Source: Sporopachydermia quercuum (lineage: Eukaryota). Taken from it: a stretch of DNA of 64,000 nt. Of this stretch, positions 1 through 12,622 are shown one piece after another (positions within the stretch are counted from its first letter, which is position 1; each line of letters starts with the position of its first letter). The DNA is taken from NCBI GenBank assembly GCA_001599295.1, contig BCGN01000012.1, forward strand, positions 62,001 to 126,000. The letters run 5' to 3'. The notes under the pieces were generated by a model. That model was given only the letters and a program-made list of their open reading frames with translations, was not told the origin of the DNA and made no database searches. Position numbers and translations under genes: made by a program.

Positions 1-79
1 TTCTTCCCATCGTTTTTGAATTGTGCTCTAGGCCATTTGAAACCATTTCAATACCTTTGACAGAGAATAGCACTCCATC

Positions 80-1848
80 ATGGCCACTTTTGACTCGTCT
101 AAAGGTATCCTCAACACTATACTACAACAGGAGGCCATTACTAACATCACACCTAGTTCAACTTACATTCTATTGGGATCCAATCCAGACGTTCAAAAGC
201 TATTTCTGGATAAAACACTAGGAAAAGAAGTTGAAGTGGCGAACAGCTTAGGATTGGGGTATGGGTATAAAGTCTTCAAAGATAGTGATAGTTCTCAAGT
301 AATACATACAGTAGATATCCATACAGTGACAGACTCAAGTATATCAAAGCCAGAATATCAGAAACTTCTTCAAGTATACCTAAAAGAAAAGGAGAAAGCC
401 AATTACGGTGAAGTTGATGCTCAAAATGATTTCACAGTACAAAATTATCAGAAACCGGTGACATTGGCTGCAACAATCATATTAAACTGGGATAATGTCA
501 GTGATTGGCTGAAGATAATCGATCAAGACATCAAATTCTTAAAAGGTTGTCTCTCTAAGCTATCTCCAGAAATTACAGATAGAAACAATAAACAGAGTAA
601 GTTATCGTGAACTTGATTGTAGCTAGGTTTTCAGAAATTCATGTCTAAGCAACTTTGTCGCTTCTCGCTATATATCTGAAGATATCCCAACTGTCAACTT
701 CATACTAACGACTCCTTTACCTTTTACCTTTTTTTCCTTCTCATTTTAGTTGAAAATAAATTTAGACAAAAACACTCAGAAGATTTAAATACACCTTTAG
801 TTGAAAAAGCTATACAGAATTACGAATTTCCCTTAGACGATGGACAAGCAGTAGAACTGTTGGGTATACCGTTGAACATCATAGTAATGAGAAACCTGTC
901 AACAAAGTATTCTAGACAACAGGCTGACGACTATCCAAGCTGGAGTTTTGAAACATTCGAATATATCCAGCAAGTAATACGCACTATATGCTTATATTAT
1001 GGTGGATCACTTGCATTTTACTCACATGAATCCTCATTTGAATGCGAAGAGGTCCAACATTTGATTCTTGAAATGTTAAATGCGTCAGCTGTAAATTCCA
1101 ATGATATACTAGATAAATCAAAACCTTCTTTAAAACAGGTTGCCACCAGTGATAAAACCATTATACCAATTGGCTGGGATTCTTATGGGAAAATTAAGAC
1201 ACTAAATTCAAGCTTTGATTGTTCTGAGATCCAGACATTATGGAAAAGGTATATTCAGGATAACGACAATACACTGTTAATGGAGTACTGCGATAAGGTG
1301 CCAAAGAAAGTGACTGAGGAATCAGAACCAGAAATCAAACCATTGGAATCATTTGTACTAAGGTATCAATCTGTTCTGAGAGATTTATATGATAAACAAG
1401 ATAACACGGTATCAAATAAACCAATAGAGGAACCAACTGATTTTCAATGGGAGTCAGAAAATTTCCATTTAGGTGAAGAATCTGGTGTTCAAGTTAATGT
1501 CAATGGTGAAATTACAACTGCTGAACAAATATTAAAAAGGATAAGGGTATGTAGAATGAACTTGATGTTACTATAAATGTTGACGAAATGGCTATAATGG
1601 AATTAGAGTCAATTCGAGTTGTTAATCTTGTTCACTAACATTTTTCTTCCGAATAGGAGTCATCTGCCTTCACACCAACATCTCTACAACAGGATGAAGA
1701 AGATGAAGGAGAGCAGCGAGAAGCCCAGGAGAATATTGAAACGTACAGTAGTGCTAGCAACTCAGAATCAGTAATCCCTGACGAGAAAAGCAAAGAAGCG
1801 CTTGCAGAATTTTTCCAATCATTAGCCAAAAAGAATAATAGTCAGTAG
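80..1848 (+). CDS. DYN3: Cytoplasmic dynein light intermediate chain (DYN3/DLIC family), 3 exons, about 501 aa
   Basis: Exons 80-596, 750-1546, 1657-1848. Intron 1 is 597-749 (GTAAGT, TACTAAC 703-709, TAG); intron 2 is 1547-1656 (GTATGT, CACTAAC 1633-1639, TAG). Splicing keeps frame. DLIC-like motifs: LGIPLNII, YIQQVIRTICLYYGGSL, IIPIGWDSYGKIK, C-terminal EALAEFFQSLAKK. Confidence 0.85.
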
Positions 1849-2134
1849 ATGAGTATTAACCGTTTGGAGTAAATACTATGGAATATATAATGAATGTGTT
1901 TGCGAGGAATAGGAATCTAAATTGTAGTAGACCACGGTGTACTGACAAAATCAAAGTGTTGTGAGGGGCAAGTCACTCTTGTAAACTTCTACACTATTGT
2001 TCATTCATTTGGAAGAAGTAATATATAGTACAGTTTGTTAAAGCATAGAACATCCTATACAATGAACAATAGATGGGTAGGCATGATTGAAGGCTGAAGG
2101 GTACAATCCATTGTATAATTAACACGTTTCTCAT

Positions 2135-3169
2135 CTAATCCATTTTTATATCACCATCGCCATCACCATTTGCGTTAGTATTATTAGCAGCAANCTGGCT
2201 ATCGAGATCTGTGGGAAAAGTGGTAGTTTCTGTTGTAGTACTGGGTTGTTCAGCAGGCTGTGTGGAAGTCTGTTCAGCAGGTGGGTTATTTTTAGCATCA
2301 ACAGCAACTTGTGGCATAGGTTCAGTAGAGGAATCTGCATCAGAAACATAAGTTTGATTAATATTAGAAGAGGCGACAGAAGTACCAGAAGTACTAGTTA
2401 TAGTAGCATCTGCACCAACTTCAGAGTGAGTGTCGACAGCTACTTCAGGAGCATCCTTTAACCCAATATCAACTACTTCGGAGGTTTGATAGTTGTGAAT
2501 TATATTCTCAGCTGAAGCTTCTAAGTGTTCATTCTTTGATTCCTCGCTTACTTGCTCTTCTGCAGAGTCTTCGGCCCCAAGCACTGTTTTAGCATGAATT
2601 ACTTCCGATTTTTCACTAGAAGGATTGGGTGTCACACCATTATCTAAATTTGTTTCTACTTTATCTGTTGATCCATTATTCGTCTTTTCATTTTCAACTT
2701 TGATATCCTCTAATTCCTTTTGCTTGGCAGCGCTAGCATCTGTACTTGCACTTAAACCTGGAATAGCTTCTTCTCCTCCTCCAACAGCACCTCTGATATC
2801 AGCCACTGTTAGTCCATCATTAGAATTAGTAGTATCTTCTTTTTTAATTCCACGTGTTTCACGTTTGGAATATAGCGATAGGTCCAAGAATTCATCCTCA
2901 GCACCATCTATCACATTCACCTCATCTGAATCTCCTTCAACAGGTACCCAAGCTAGAAACTGTAATCCTCCTGTATTATGATTGTTATCGTCATCGCCGT
3001 TATGCTCTGTTCCGTTTTCATATGTGTTGTTATTTGCTGAGTGATTGTTTTTGGGTGTGATCCACATTCTTTTCCAATGGGTTACTGCTTGGTCGTAATC
3101 GGCCAGATTTACAGCTGCAGCAGCATGTCGCACCAGTGACTGGCGGTAGAGCGATCGACGTGAAGACAT
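2135..3169 (-). CDS. Acidic low-complexity protein with a BCL7/Rtt102-like two-tryptophan N-terminal motif
   Basis: Long ORF. First ATG at 3169 (MSSRRS; the track start at 3178 is TTG). N-terminal VTHWKRMWITP...LQFLAWVP is followed by a disordered E/S/T/N-rich tail. Confidence 0.7.
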   Translation of the reverse strand: MSSRRSLYRQSLVRHAAAAVNLADYDQAVTHWKRMWITPKNNHSANNNTYENGTEHNGDDDNNHNTGGLQFLAWVPVEGDSDEVNVIDGAEDEFLDLSLYSKRETRGIKKEDTTNSNDGLTVADIRGAVGGGEEAIPGLSASTDASAAKQKELEDIKVENEKTNNGSTDKVETNLDNGVTPNPSSEKSEVIHAKTVLGAEDSAEEQVSEESKNEHLEASAENIIHNYQTSEVVDIGLKDAPEVAVDTHSEVGADATITSTSGTSVASSNINQTYVSDADSSTEPMPQVAVDAKNNPPAEQTSTQPAEQPSTTTETTTFPTDLDSQXAANNTNANGDGDGDIKMD

Positions 3170-3988
3170 AGTGTACAAATATTGTTATGAAAAATGAGCA
3201 ATGAAATTACACTGTCGGCGTGTCAAAATGTCAATTCAAATCAATTGAGTACAACTACTAGAACTCTCTTGATGCATAAGGAATTGTTCGAGACAACATA
3301 CAAGGACGCGTAGCAATTGGCTATCTCAGTCTCATTCAATAAGACCCACAAACAAAAAAAATGAGCTGTAGTAACAAATCGTCCTATGCTGTTTCAATCC
3401 TAATCTATCCTTTTATCCATATTATGGATATCTTTTTCATTTCCTGTTCAACACACATCGATAAACAGTAAGTCCTAATAAGTTCTTTACAGAGCCTGTT
3501 AGCTAGTAAACATATTTGTCTCCCGATACCCCCGCTTAAGCTATTTGGTGTTGTGGTGTCAATTCGTTTTTGGAGAAATAGATCAGGGGAAATCCACGAG
3601 ACATATTATTGTTTAGTAAAGACATACTGCAATAGCTCTGCTAACATGAACTTCAGAATTATGTTGATGTCTTGAGTCTTATCAACTATTTTAAATCTAT
3701 AGAGCCTTTCAACGTTCATGCAAAAATTCAAATTTCCTTGTAAATTAGTTGATTATTACAGTGATTGGTTACTGTTGCTGTGTAATCTTATTATAAAGAA
3801 AAGCAGAAAGAAGAATCCGTCCCATCACGTGAGAATAGCTGTGTTTGTGAATGGGGCGCTTAACCACAGATTCAAGTTATTGAAACAGGCATAAAGCCAA
3901 ATATCTTTGCGTTTGCAGTTTTTCCTTTTTCCTTTTTCCTTTGCTTATAATCTACGCATTACATTTTGATAAACAACGCTTATTGGCC

Positions 3989-6900
3989 ATGTCGACAACA
4001 GAGAAAATGGACATGAGCCATCCAAACGAGAAAGGCAAAAGCGATATTGTTCTTAATCAAGAAGCAGAAGACAGTTTGGTGGATGAGATTATTTCAAATA
4101 ACAATTTTGATATAGATTCTGTTCTCAAACAAGTACGATCGGGTAAAGATGGAGCTATTAAACATGCAGATGATGCTATTGATTATGAAGATATTGATGA
4201 GTTAGCTGATGATGAAGATGACGTGTTTGTTTCTCCGTCAGGAAAAATGGGCGTGGATTCGAATGCAAGGGACGAAGGGTCAGAAGGTAATGATGATGAG
4301 GAAGACTTTTTCAAAAATTTAGAGGGCGGAGATGATGACGAGATTCTAATTGATGGTAAGTCTTTATATGAAAAAGGTAGTGGTACCACAACAAGTGAAA
4401 CAATGTCAGTTCATCACAGTATAGAAGCATCGTCACCGAAGTCGAAGTCCGACAAATTTTTCGAACTATTCTCAAATAATAATGCTCCTGGTATTTCTGA
4501 AAATGAAGCGGACCTGACAGCAGAACTTCAAACGGAAGATGATTTAAAGATTGAAGACATATTCAACGAATCTACAGGCGGAAAGTCTTCAATAGGACTG
4601 TTTTCCTTTTCAGATGTATCTGGAACAAAGCCTGATGACGAAGTACCGGAATCGGAAGAATATAAAACAGTTGGAGAGTTTGGAACAAATTTTGAACAAT
4701 TTGACAAAAATTCTGATCATTTCACCAGCCTACAACCGAATAAACCCTCAATAGCTCAGACCGTTTTACAAAAACTATCAAAGATAGGTGAAAGCCGTGA
4801 AGCAATTACATTAGTAGAAAAACCGTTCACAAAAAAGGCAATAACATCAACAGAGAAAGCAGAAATTCCCTCACCTTTGAATATATTACGTAAGTTAACA
4901 CTTTCCAAAGAAGAATTGGATGAACAGAAACGAGAAAATAGGAAGAAACAAATAAGGAGGAAGAAGGAGCTCGAAGCTGTTGCTCAGTTCTATCCAGATT
5001 TCACGCCTGAAGCTATTTTACAGTTTAGCAAGATGTTTGGTTCGCAAGAGGAAGAATACAAATGGTCTGAAATACCGAATGTGCATAAACCTCTGGTACC
5101 AATGAGAGTATCTTTGGATATTGAAGTGAATCAGAAGCGTGTATTCAGATCATCTGCTCTCGCTAATTCTCGTGAAAATTTCTATGACACATATATTGTG
5201 GACATGAAATCTTTGTATCCTAATGAAGAAAACTACAGTAAGCACAAAAAGAGTCAACGATCTATTGATAATGTAAATGCCGATGGAAACGAAGATATCG
5301 AAGATAATAATAACGATGAAAGTGAAGTTGATATCTTTAATAACAAAGTAGTGGATAGTAGATTGACGTACAATGACTTGGTTCTTGCGTCCGCTGATTG
5401 GGACAAAGAAATTGTGATTGAAAACACAACTGATGAGGAAGAGGATGACAATATCGAAGAACTCAACCAAAGTAGAAAGAAGCTGAAAGCTGGGAATCAA
5501 AACAATTTTAGTCACTTAGAGAGAGATAAAAGCATGTCAAAAATTTTTGGCTACGATGATGAACTTGATAGCAACAATTTAGATGAAACATTATTGGAAG
5601 ACATTGACAGTTCTTCCGTACCGAAACTAATATTAGATATGAACGATCCAAAGCTTCTATTTGCTAAATTGAAACCAAGATTAGGGAATAATGATAGGGA
5701 ATCAAGAACGATCGCAGCAACTCCTTCTTCAGAAAGAGCACTTCGCCAAAGATTCAATATTTCTAACGATGAGGCTTATGATTTATTGAAAGAGAACTAT
5801 CAATCCAAAGTTCGTACGACTATTGGCAATCTCAATATTGATCATGCCATGCCAGCTTTAAGACTACAATCACCTTTCTACAAAGTGAAACTTTCTAAGG
5901 CTCAAATGAGGTCATTCCATCGGCCGACATTTAGAGTGCGTCCGAATACCGTTATTCATTTCACTCGTCTGAAAACAAGAAAGAGAAAGAAGGATAAAGG
6001 AAAGTCCGTGCTTGAAGTTTTTTCAAAGACGCAAGATTTGACCTTAGGTGATACCAGTCAAGTTTTTTGTTATGAATATAGTGAAGAGTATCCATTGGCA
6101 TTATCAAACTTTGGTATGGGTAGCAAATTGCTCAACTACTATAGGAAAAAGAACGAAGAAGATACCAGTCGGCCAAAGTTACCTGTTGGAGAATCGCATG
6201 TTGTTGGAGTGGAAGATAGAAGTCCATTTTGGAATTTTGGATTTGTTGAGCCGGGAAAGATAGTCCCTACTTTATACAACCAAATGATTAGGGCCCCAGT
6301 CTTCAAGCACGACCCCCCTAATACAGACTTTTTATTAATTCGGAGTAGCAGCGGTCCATTAGGTGGGCAAAGGTATTTTTTGAAGACTATGAATCATTTA
6401 TTTACTGTTGGTCAAACATTTCCAGTGGTGGAAATTCCAGGGCCTAATTCAAGGAAGGTTACAACTGCTAGCAAGAATAGACTAAAGATGATTGTCTTTA
6501 GAGTCATCAACAAGAACAAACATCACAGAATGGCGACCAGGGATATTGCAATACATTTTCCTGATCAAACAGAAATGCAGTATCGTCAGAGATTAAAAGA
6601 ATTTATGGAGTTTCATAGAACTGGTGAACATCAGCAGCATTGGACTCTTAAACATGGTGAAACATTACCTGATGAAAACCATATTCGCAGTATGATTTCA
6701 CCAGAAGATTTGGTTTTACTAGAGACAATGCAAGTTGGTCAACAACATTTACAGGATGCAGGTTATGGTAAGACTGTAGAGGATGAAGAAGAAAAAGAGA
6801 GAGATGGAGTTGCAGGAGAAGGTAGCATTGAAGAACAATTGGCTCCATGGAATGTTTCGCGTAATTTTATTAATGCAACTCAAGGTAAAGCAATGCTTCA

Positions 6901-7837
6901 ACTATATGGCGAAGGAGATCCAACCGGCAGAGGTGAAGCTTTCAGTTTATTGAAGATTTCAATGAAAGGTGGGTTCAAAGCAATGGGCCAATCTATTGAT
7001 GAACGACTTGATAAATCAAAACTTGGTGGTCATAGTTATAATGTTGCATTGCAACAGAAGGCATATGATGAAGAAATTAAACGCATTTGGTACAATCAGC
7101 AGAAAAGTTTAAGTATAACTGATACGAGTAACTTGCAGTGGGAAGAAATGGAACAAGAACGGGAGCAAATACAAAATGATGCTGAATCTCTATTTGAAGA
7201 AGATGAAAACATGGATGATAACACGTCAACATTTTCTCATGGAACCAATTCAACAGCTGCAACGAGTAATAGAAATCAACAAAAGAAAGTGTTACGTATC
7301 ACTAGAATGGTAAGGGATGAGAATAACGTTCTTCATAGAAAAGTTGAAATCGTTAAAGATCCAAAGGTTATTCATGCTTACATTCAAAGGAAAGAAAAAC
7401 TTCTTAGTGAAGAATTGGTTCCTGATGCGCTACAAGTCACCAATGATGAGAATATTAACAAGAGAAATAAAAAGATCTTAGCAGAAAAATTAGCAAAATT
7501 AGAAAGGAATCAAGAAAGAAGAGAAAAGAAAGCATCATCTTTGAACTTGAAGAACTTAGATGCTTCACAGCAACCAGTTGCATTATCTGGTAAAGGCATC
7601 GGTAAAGGTAAATCCAAAGTCCGTCGATGTGCAACATGTGGTGCTATTGGTCATATTCGTACTAATAAGTCATGCCCTCTTTATAATGAACGATATGGTG
7701 GAATTGGCAAGGATCCAAACCAAAAGAAGAAGAGCAATAAAAAAGGAGACGGTGATGGAGATGAGGACGCCAGTACACCGGTCAATGAAATATCATTAAT
7801 GAGTAGAATATCTTTAGGCACTGATTTACCCTTTTAA
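3989..7837 (+). CDS. TAF1: TFIID subunit Taf1
   Basis: TAND-like HADDAIDYEDIDELADDE; DUF3591 core (RFNISNDEAY, EYSEEYP, RSPFWNFG, GEGDPTGRGEAFS); C-terminal zinc knuckle CATCGAIGHIRTNKSCP. First in-frame ATG at 3989. Confidence 0.97.
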   Translation: MSTTEKMDMSHPNEKGKSDIVLNQEAEDSLVDEIISNNNFDIDSVLKQVRSGKDGAIKHADDAIDYEDIDELADDEDDVFVSPSGKMGVDSNARDEGSEGNDDEEDFFKNLEGGDDDEILIDGKSLYEKGSGTTTSETMSVHHSIEASSPKSKSDKFFELFSNNNAPGISENEADLTAELQTEDDLKIEDIFNESTGGKSSIGLFSFSDVSGTKPDDEVPESEEYKTVGEFGTNFEQFDKNSDHFTSLQPNKPSIAQTVLQKLSKIGESREAITLVEKPFTKKAITSTEKAEIPSPLNILRKLTLSKEELDEQKRENRKKQIRRKKELEAVAQFYPDFTPEAILQFSKMFGSQEEEYKWSEIPNVHKPLVPMRVSLDIEVNQKRVFRSSALANSRENFYDTYIVDMKSLYPNEENYSKHKKSQRSIDNVNADGNEDIEDNNNDESEVDIFNNKVVDSRLTYNDLVLASADWDKEIVIENTTDEEEDDNIEELNQSRKKLKAGNQNNFSHLERDKSMSKIFGYDDELDSNNLDETLLEDIDSSSVPKLILDMNDPKLLFAKLKPRLGNNDRESRTIAATPSSERALRQRFNISNDEAYDLLKENYQSKVRTTIGNLNIDHAMPALRLQSPFYKVKLSKAQMRSFHRPTFRVRPNTVIHFTRLKTRKRKKDKGKSVLEVFSKTQDLTLGDTSQVFCYEYSEEYPLALSNFGMGSKLLNYYRKKNEEDTSRPKLPVGESHVVGVEDRSPFWNFGFVEPGKIVPTLYNQMIRAPVFKHDPPNTDFLLIRSSSGPLGGQRYFLKTMNHLFTVGQTFPVVEIPGPNSRKVTTASKNRLKMIVFRVINKNKHHRMATRDIAIHFPDQTEMQYRQRLKEFMEFHRTGEHQQHWTLKHGETLPDENHIRSMISPEDLVLLETMQVGQQHLQDAGYGKTVEDEEEKERDGVAGEGSIEEQLAPWNVSRNFINATQGKAMLQLYGEGDPTGRGEAFSLLKISMKGGFKAMGQSIDERLDKSKLGGHSYNVALQQKAYDEEIKRIWYNQQKSLSITDTSNLQWEEMEQEREQIQNDAESLFEEDENMDDNTSTFSHGTNSTAATSNRNQQKKVLRITRMVRDENNVLHRKVEIVKDPKVIHAYIQRKEKLLSEELVPDALQVTNDENINKRNKKILAEKLAKLERNQERREKKASSLNLKNLDASQQPVALSGKGIGKGKSKVRRCATCGAIGHIRTNKSCPLYNERYGGIGKDPNQKKKSNKKGDGDGDEDASTPVNEISLMSRISLGTDLPF

Positions 7838-8233
7838 TTTTGATAAAGTGCCTCGAATCTATCGTTATGCTAAGAACATTCTTTTATTACATTGTATTTT
7901 TATGCCCTCAGTCTATATACTTAATGAACAACTTAATGACTAAAGTATCCATTGTCTTTTCTCACCAAGTAGACGTTCACATCTTAGTATTAGGAGTGGC
8001 CGAAATTTAATCTTTCTCTCAATTCATTACATTTTTAGTATCGCATTCTAAGTCCCAATAACTAGCAAATATAAAAGTAATTTTATTCAATATCCAGCGT
8101 ATACTTTAAGTCTACAAACAAAAATTTTAATACGTTGATGAAGTCCAGATTTCTACCGATGAATTGTAAGTTCGTAGAATCAAAGCAAAAAGTACATCAT
8201 ATCATCCGGACTGTCATATAAATGATAATATAT

Positions 8234-9844
8234 TTAAGCGAAAGTGTAGTTGCCTGCAATCCAGGCATTGACCATAGCCAATGCACTTTCAGGTTCGTCA
8301 TAAGGAACCATATGTCCAGCATTATATACTCTCAAGAAAGTGAAATTATCAACATTCTTAACTTGGCCTAATTCATTATCATCGACAACCCAAGGAATCA
8401 ATGGAGTCTTGGAAAATTCTTTGGTCTTACTCCATTCAATAACATCACTCCAGGCATGATTTCCAAGCCAATTGCAAATGAAGTCTTTATCACCTGCATA
8501 AATCAAGACTGGAATATCAGCTTCTAAAAGCTTCGTAACAGACTTATGATATGGTTTCATCCAATCACCAGCAAATAAGAAATTTCTGTTGATATCGAAG
8601 TTACATGATTGATAGTCTTCAACTTCAGCACCCAAGGCGTCTTTCACATCTTCATCATTGAGATAATCAGTGATAAAGTCTAAACCTTTGTAGCATAAAG
8701 CGTTACCTTCACATTTACTTCTGACATCATACACGTTTTGACCAGTCTTTTGATAAGGACCCATCTGAGCATTGTTGCAGTAAATAGCAGCAGGAACACA
8801 TGAGAAAACAGATTCCGATTCGTAACAGGACTCAATCAATGATAAACATCTGGGTAAAGTATCAAGCATTCCTGCACATTCTGTGTCAGATAAAACTGCT
8901 GGAGCTCCACCTTTACCACAAGCCATTGGTTGATAGTAAGAGTATTGAGTAAGAGGGTCAGTCAGACCGTTCCCAATTAGAACGGACTTCAACTCAAAGT
9001 TACGCTTCTTTTCAGCAATAATATCGGCTGCAAATACAGGGATATAATGGCCTGCGTAAGATTCACCAGCAATATGGAAATCTTGCTTGGAGTACTCAGG
9101 AAATTGTTGGAAGAATAATTGCAAAAATGCATAAACATCCTTACTAGCAGCAACAGTATTGGATACTGACGATGAGGAGTAAGAGTAGCCAACATTAACT
9201 GGTTGGTCCAAGAAAATAACTGACGCATTACTATTCCATGAGGCTGGATTGTAGACTGGTTTGACGTTCTCGGAGATCGAGCTTGGTCCGAGTTCAAAGA
9301 ATAAACCTGTTAAAGATGAGCAACCGGGTCCACCATTTAGCCAGAGAATAACAGGATCATTCTTGGGATCATTCCTTGATTCAAAAAACCAATAGAAGAA
9401 ATGCTTGTCTTCATCTTCAATATCCAAGTAGCCAGAGTATTGTTTGACGGAGTCCACACCTAAACCCTCAGGAGATTTAACTCTCAAAGCGTGATTAGGT
9501 AAATCTTCATTTGTCACTTTAGCAATCCATTCAGAAACAGGTCTTTTGAATGATTTCACTGGTGAGGAGTAAAATTTCATTTTCTCAATAGTATCAGCAA
9601 ACTTCAAAGACATCTCTGACCAGATGCCTTTGATATCATCTGTTATCTCACCAGGTTTGTAACCAAATACGTTCTTGGCTGACTCTAGCAAGTCGCTTTT
9701 TCCATGGAGCTCAATATTCTTTGGTTCTTCATCTGTATAAAACTGTCCAACATTATCAAGAATTTCAGGAAATTGTTCCAGTTCTGTAGGAATATGAAGC
9801 GCNGAGGCCCCAATGGCAAGATATGCCAATGTAGTAAACTTCAT
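8234..9844 (-). CDS. PRC1: Vacuolar carboxypeptidase Y (S10 serine carboxypeptidase)
   Basis: Signal peptide [11 protein letters not shown] from ATG 9844; [10 protein letters not shown], catalytic [20 protein letters not shown]. Confidence 0.97.
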   Translation of the reverse strand: MKFTTLAYLAIGAXALHIPTELEQFPEILDNVGQFYTDEEPKNIELHGKSDLLESAKNVFGYKPGEITDDIKGIWSEMSLKFADTIEKMKFYSSPVKSFKRPVSEWIAKVTNEDLPNHALRVKSPEGLGVDSVKQYSGYLDIEDEDKHFFYWFFESRNDPKNDPVILWLNGGPGCSSLTGLFFELGPSSISENVKPVYNPASWNSNASVIFLDQPVNVGYSYSSSSVSNTVAASKDVYAFLQLFFQQFPEYSKQDFHIAGESYAGHYIPVFAADIIAEKKRNFELKSVLIGNGLTDPLTQYSYYQPMACGKGGAPAVLSDTECAGMLDTLPRCLSLIESCYESESVFSCVPAAIYCNNAQMGPYQKTGQNVYDVRSKCEGNALCYKGLDFITDYLNDEDVKDALGAEVEDYQSCNFDINRNFLFAGDWMKPYHKSVTKLLEADIPVLIYAGDKDFICNWLGNHAWSDVIEWSKTKEFSKTPLIPWVVDDNELGQVKNVDNFTFLRVYNAGHMVPYDEPESALAMVNAWIAGNYTFA

Positions 9845-9879
9845 ACTGAAGTAGTGATAGGTAGCTTTACTTTGCAATT

Positions 9880-10405
9880 GATAAGAAGTGTTGATACTTC
9901 TCTTAGATAGTTTCTAGCAGCAACTCAAAAGCAACTGGTTTAAAACTTTATAGCTTTAATAGCTTTAACATATATAAACAGCTATTCTGTTAAGTCAGCT
10001 CCTTAAAACCGATGATGGTGATTGACTGGTGCTGAAGATAAGGAAGGGATAAGAGGACAGAGATGAAATGATGGGGCGATTAGACTTCCTTCCAAGGTGG
10101 GAGGGTAACATATGATGTGATAAGAAAAGTGGAGAATGAGATGTCAATTGAATCGAATATATAGTTTTAGTTTGAATATAATAAAATAGATAAACTTTGA
10201 ATTTCTTTGCTAAATCGAAGAGTTTGAATAGTGAATTTGATAATTGAGATTATTGCTGAATAAAGTATTGATTAAATTGCTAGTATTTTGGGAGGCTGGT
10301 TTCAAGGGTTGTTCAATAGATAAAGGAGCTTCACATACAGCGAAGAACCAGCAAGCGATCGTAGGAATTGAATGTTACGTCATCAGAAAGAGAGATAGTG
10401 ATAAG
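9880..10405. promoter_or_regulatory. Cluster of GATAAG (GATA-factor) motifs upstream of PRC1
   Basis: GATAAG at 9880, 10037, 10048, 10119 and 10400. Function is inferred. Confidence 0.4.
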
Positions 10406-11698
10406 AGGGAGAAATGTATGGTAATAACCAAGAGACAGTTACAACCATTTGAATATTTATGTAACTTTGAGAAATAGAGCATTTTCTGTAGATAGAAAAC
10501 AGTGTTTGAGTAGTGGTTTGTAATCATAATTAATTCCAATCATTGGAGATGTGGTGTAATGCTGCAATTTAGTCGAACACCTACTTCACTGGTTATTATT
10601 GGATTTCCCAAAACGGTAAATCTTCATGTAATCCGAAAACGGAGAAAACTCATATATCTTCAGTAGCATCCCAGTTTTATAGAACGAATTGAAAGTGAGA
10701 CCCGAAAAAAATCTTGATTTTATTTAATACTGTGTTGTTTTGAAACAGTATGAAATATGAGATATATACCTCTGAAAGAAGATATTGAGAAAAAATTTAA
10801 ACAATAATGGAATTCAATTGTGGATGCTCTTCGGTACAGTGCTTATGATCACGTGAAAAGAAATTCCGGAAAACATAGGTAGAACTGGGGAGAAAGTCAA
10901 GAACGATGAACCTGTCAGATATTCTTATATCTCATTCATTATATAATCAATAAGATAAGGAATTGAAAAAATTATTCAAACTAATTACTAGATATTTTAA
11001 GTGGTATTTCATCAATAGCCTGATACCTAACTCCATTTGAACAGTTCCTACCTATTATTATCTTGTTCTTTCTTGTAACGTCTCCGCTTTCAGTATCATT
11101 TAAGTACATTTATTAACACCATTGTCCGTACATCACTACTCTCAGAAAATTCCTTCTGAAATCTTTGGTACATAAGTTTGTAGCATTTCTTGACAAGCAG
11201 AACTTCTAAAAAAAGAAAAATCAGCCAAATCAGAAGCAGATCAACAAATTCGTACACGAAAAAGTTGTATAGAAGAAATAAAACTGATGAACAAATCGTT
11301 AGAATTCTTGTTGTATCAAGAAATAAGAAACTAGTTCAAGATTGGTTTGACAGGTGAAAGTGAATTTTCATAGAAGGAATAGACCACACTTTGTTCACAG
11401 CTGAAGTGGAATGATCATTGAACTGTGATTGAAGGTGAATAAAGCAGATATACATACACACATCAACAATAACTTCTTACGTTCATTAACAATAGTGCTA
11501 TTGTAACATATCGAAAGAAGCAGAATTAGAACCAAGACATTCATTCGTTAGACAAGTAGAGATTAAGGGCGACAGATAGCTGTCAATTTGGATCACATTA
11601 AAACATCACACAGCATATACGGCAGAGGTATATCGCAGCACTTATTGCCTTTTATAACAATATTATAAGGATATACAAGCATAACCCATACATTTAAA

Positions 11699-12622
11699 AT
11701 GGGATTCGGTGACTTTGAATCGATTTGTGAAAAGGTGCCTATTCCCATGTGCCCTTTAATTTCAGTAAACGGTCATGAAGAAGCCGGTTTCATTGACGCT
11801 GGTGTTATTTCATCCTGTTACTCAAGATCGATTGATATAGCAAACACAGTAATATTTCAAGCAGGTGCTTGTTTTATCCACATAGTTACATTATGCGTTT
11901 TGATTTATATTCTGTTAATGGTCCGTCATAAGTATACTGCCATTGGTAGGAGAGAAATCTTGACTTTCTTTTCGATTTGTACTGTTCTATGTATATGGTC
12001 GTTGGTTGTGGATGCAGGTGTTGTACCAGTAGGTTCAGGGCCATATCCTTACTTTGTTGCTGTGCAAAATGGATTATCATCGGCGGCATGTTTATCGTTA
12101 TTTATTAGCGGTCTACTGGGATTTCAATTTTACGAAGACGGAACTTTTCAATCAGTTTATGGTCAAAGAGTTGCTAGTTTTGTTTGGTTTTCCATTGTAT
12201 TCGTTATTTCAATATTAACATTCAAGTCGGTTTGGGACTCCGGTATGAGCTCATCTAATACATTGGCATTATTTATTGTGCTTTATCTTTTCAACGCTAT
12301 ACTGATATTTGCTTATATTGTCTCTCAGTTTGTACTGGTAGTCTTCATGTTGAGAGACTATTGGGCTAGTGGTGCCATCTTACTTGGTGTTTTCTTCTTT
12401 GTCGTGGGCCAAATCATTTTATATGGATTTTCTAAAACTATCTGTCAAAATGTGAATCATTACATTGATGGCCTTTTTTTCGCTACTTTATGCAATATGT
12501 TTACTATTATGATGATTTATAAGTATTGGGATATGATTACTGCTGAGGATTTGGAATTCAGTGTTTCCACGCATCCAGCTGGTGAAGAAAAGGACACTGC
12601 CAGCATTTATACTCGATATTAA
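11699..12622 (+). CDS. CHS7: Chitin synthase export chaperone Chs7
   Basis: MGFGDFESIC, CYSRSIDIANTVIFQ, KYTAIGRRE, GFQFYEDGT, HYIDGLFF, YKYWDMITAEDLEFSV; multiple hydrophobic helices. Confidence 0.96.
   Translation: MGFGDFESICEKVPIPMCPLISVNGHEEAGFIDAGVISSCYSRSIDIANTVIFQAGACFIHIVTLCVLIYILLMVRHKYTAIGRREILTFFSICTVLCIWSLVVDAGVVPVGSGPYPYFVAVQNGLSSAACLSLFISGLLGFQFYEDGTFQSVYGQRVASFVWFSIVFVISILTFKSVWDSGMSSSNTLALFIVLYLFNAILIFAYIVSQFVLVVFMLRDYWASGAILLGVFFFVVGQIILYGFSKTICQNVNHYIDGLFFATLCNMFTIMMIYKYWDMITAEDLEFSVSTHPAGEEKDTASIYTRY

Noticed and set aside
80..610. ORFs 80-610 and 860-1576 as separate genes; SKL near the end of the first as a cryptic PTS1
   Set aside because: They are exons of one dynein LIC gene. 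The unspliced product ends SKLS, not SKL.
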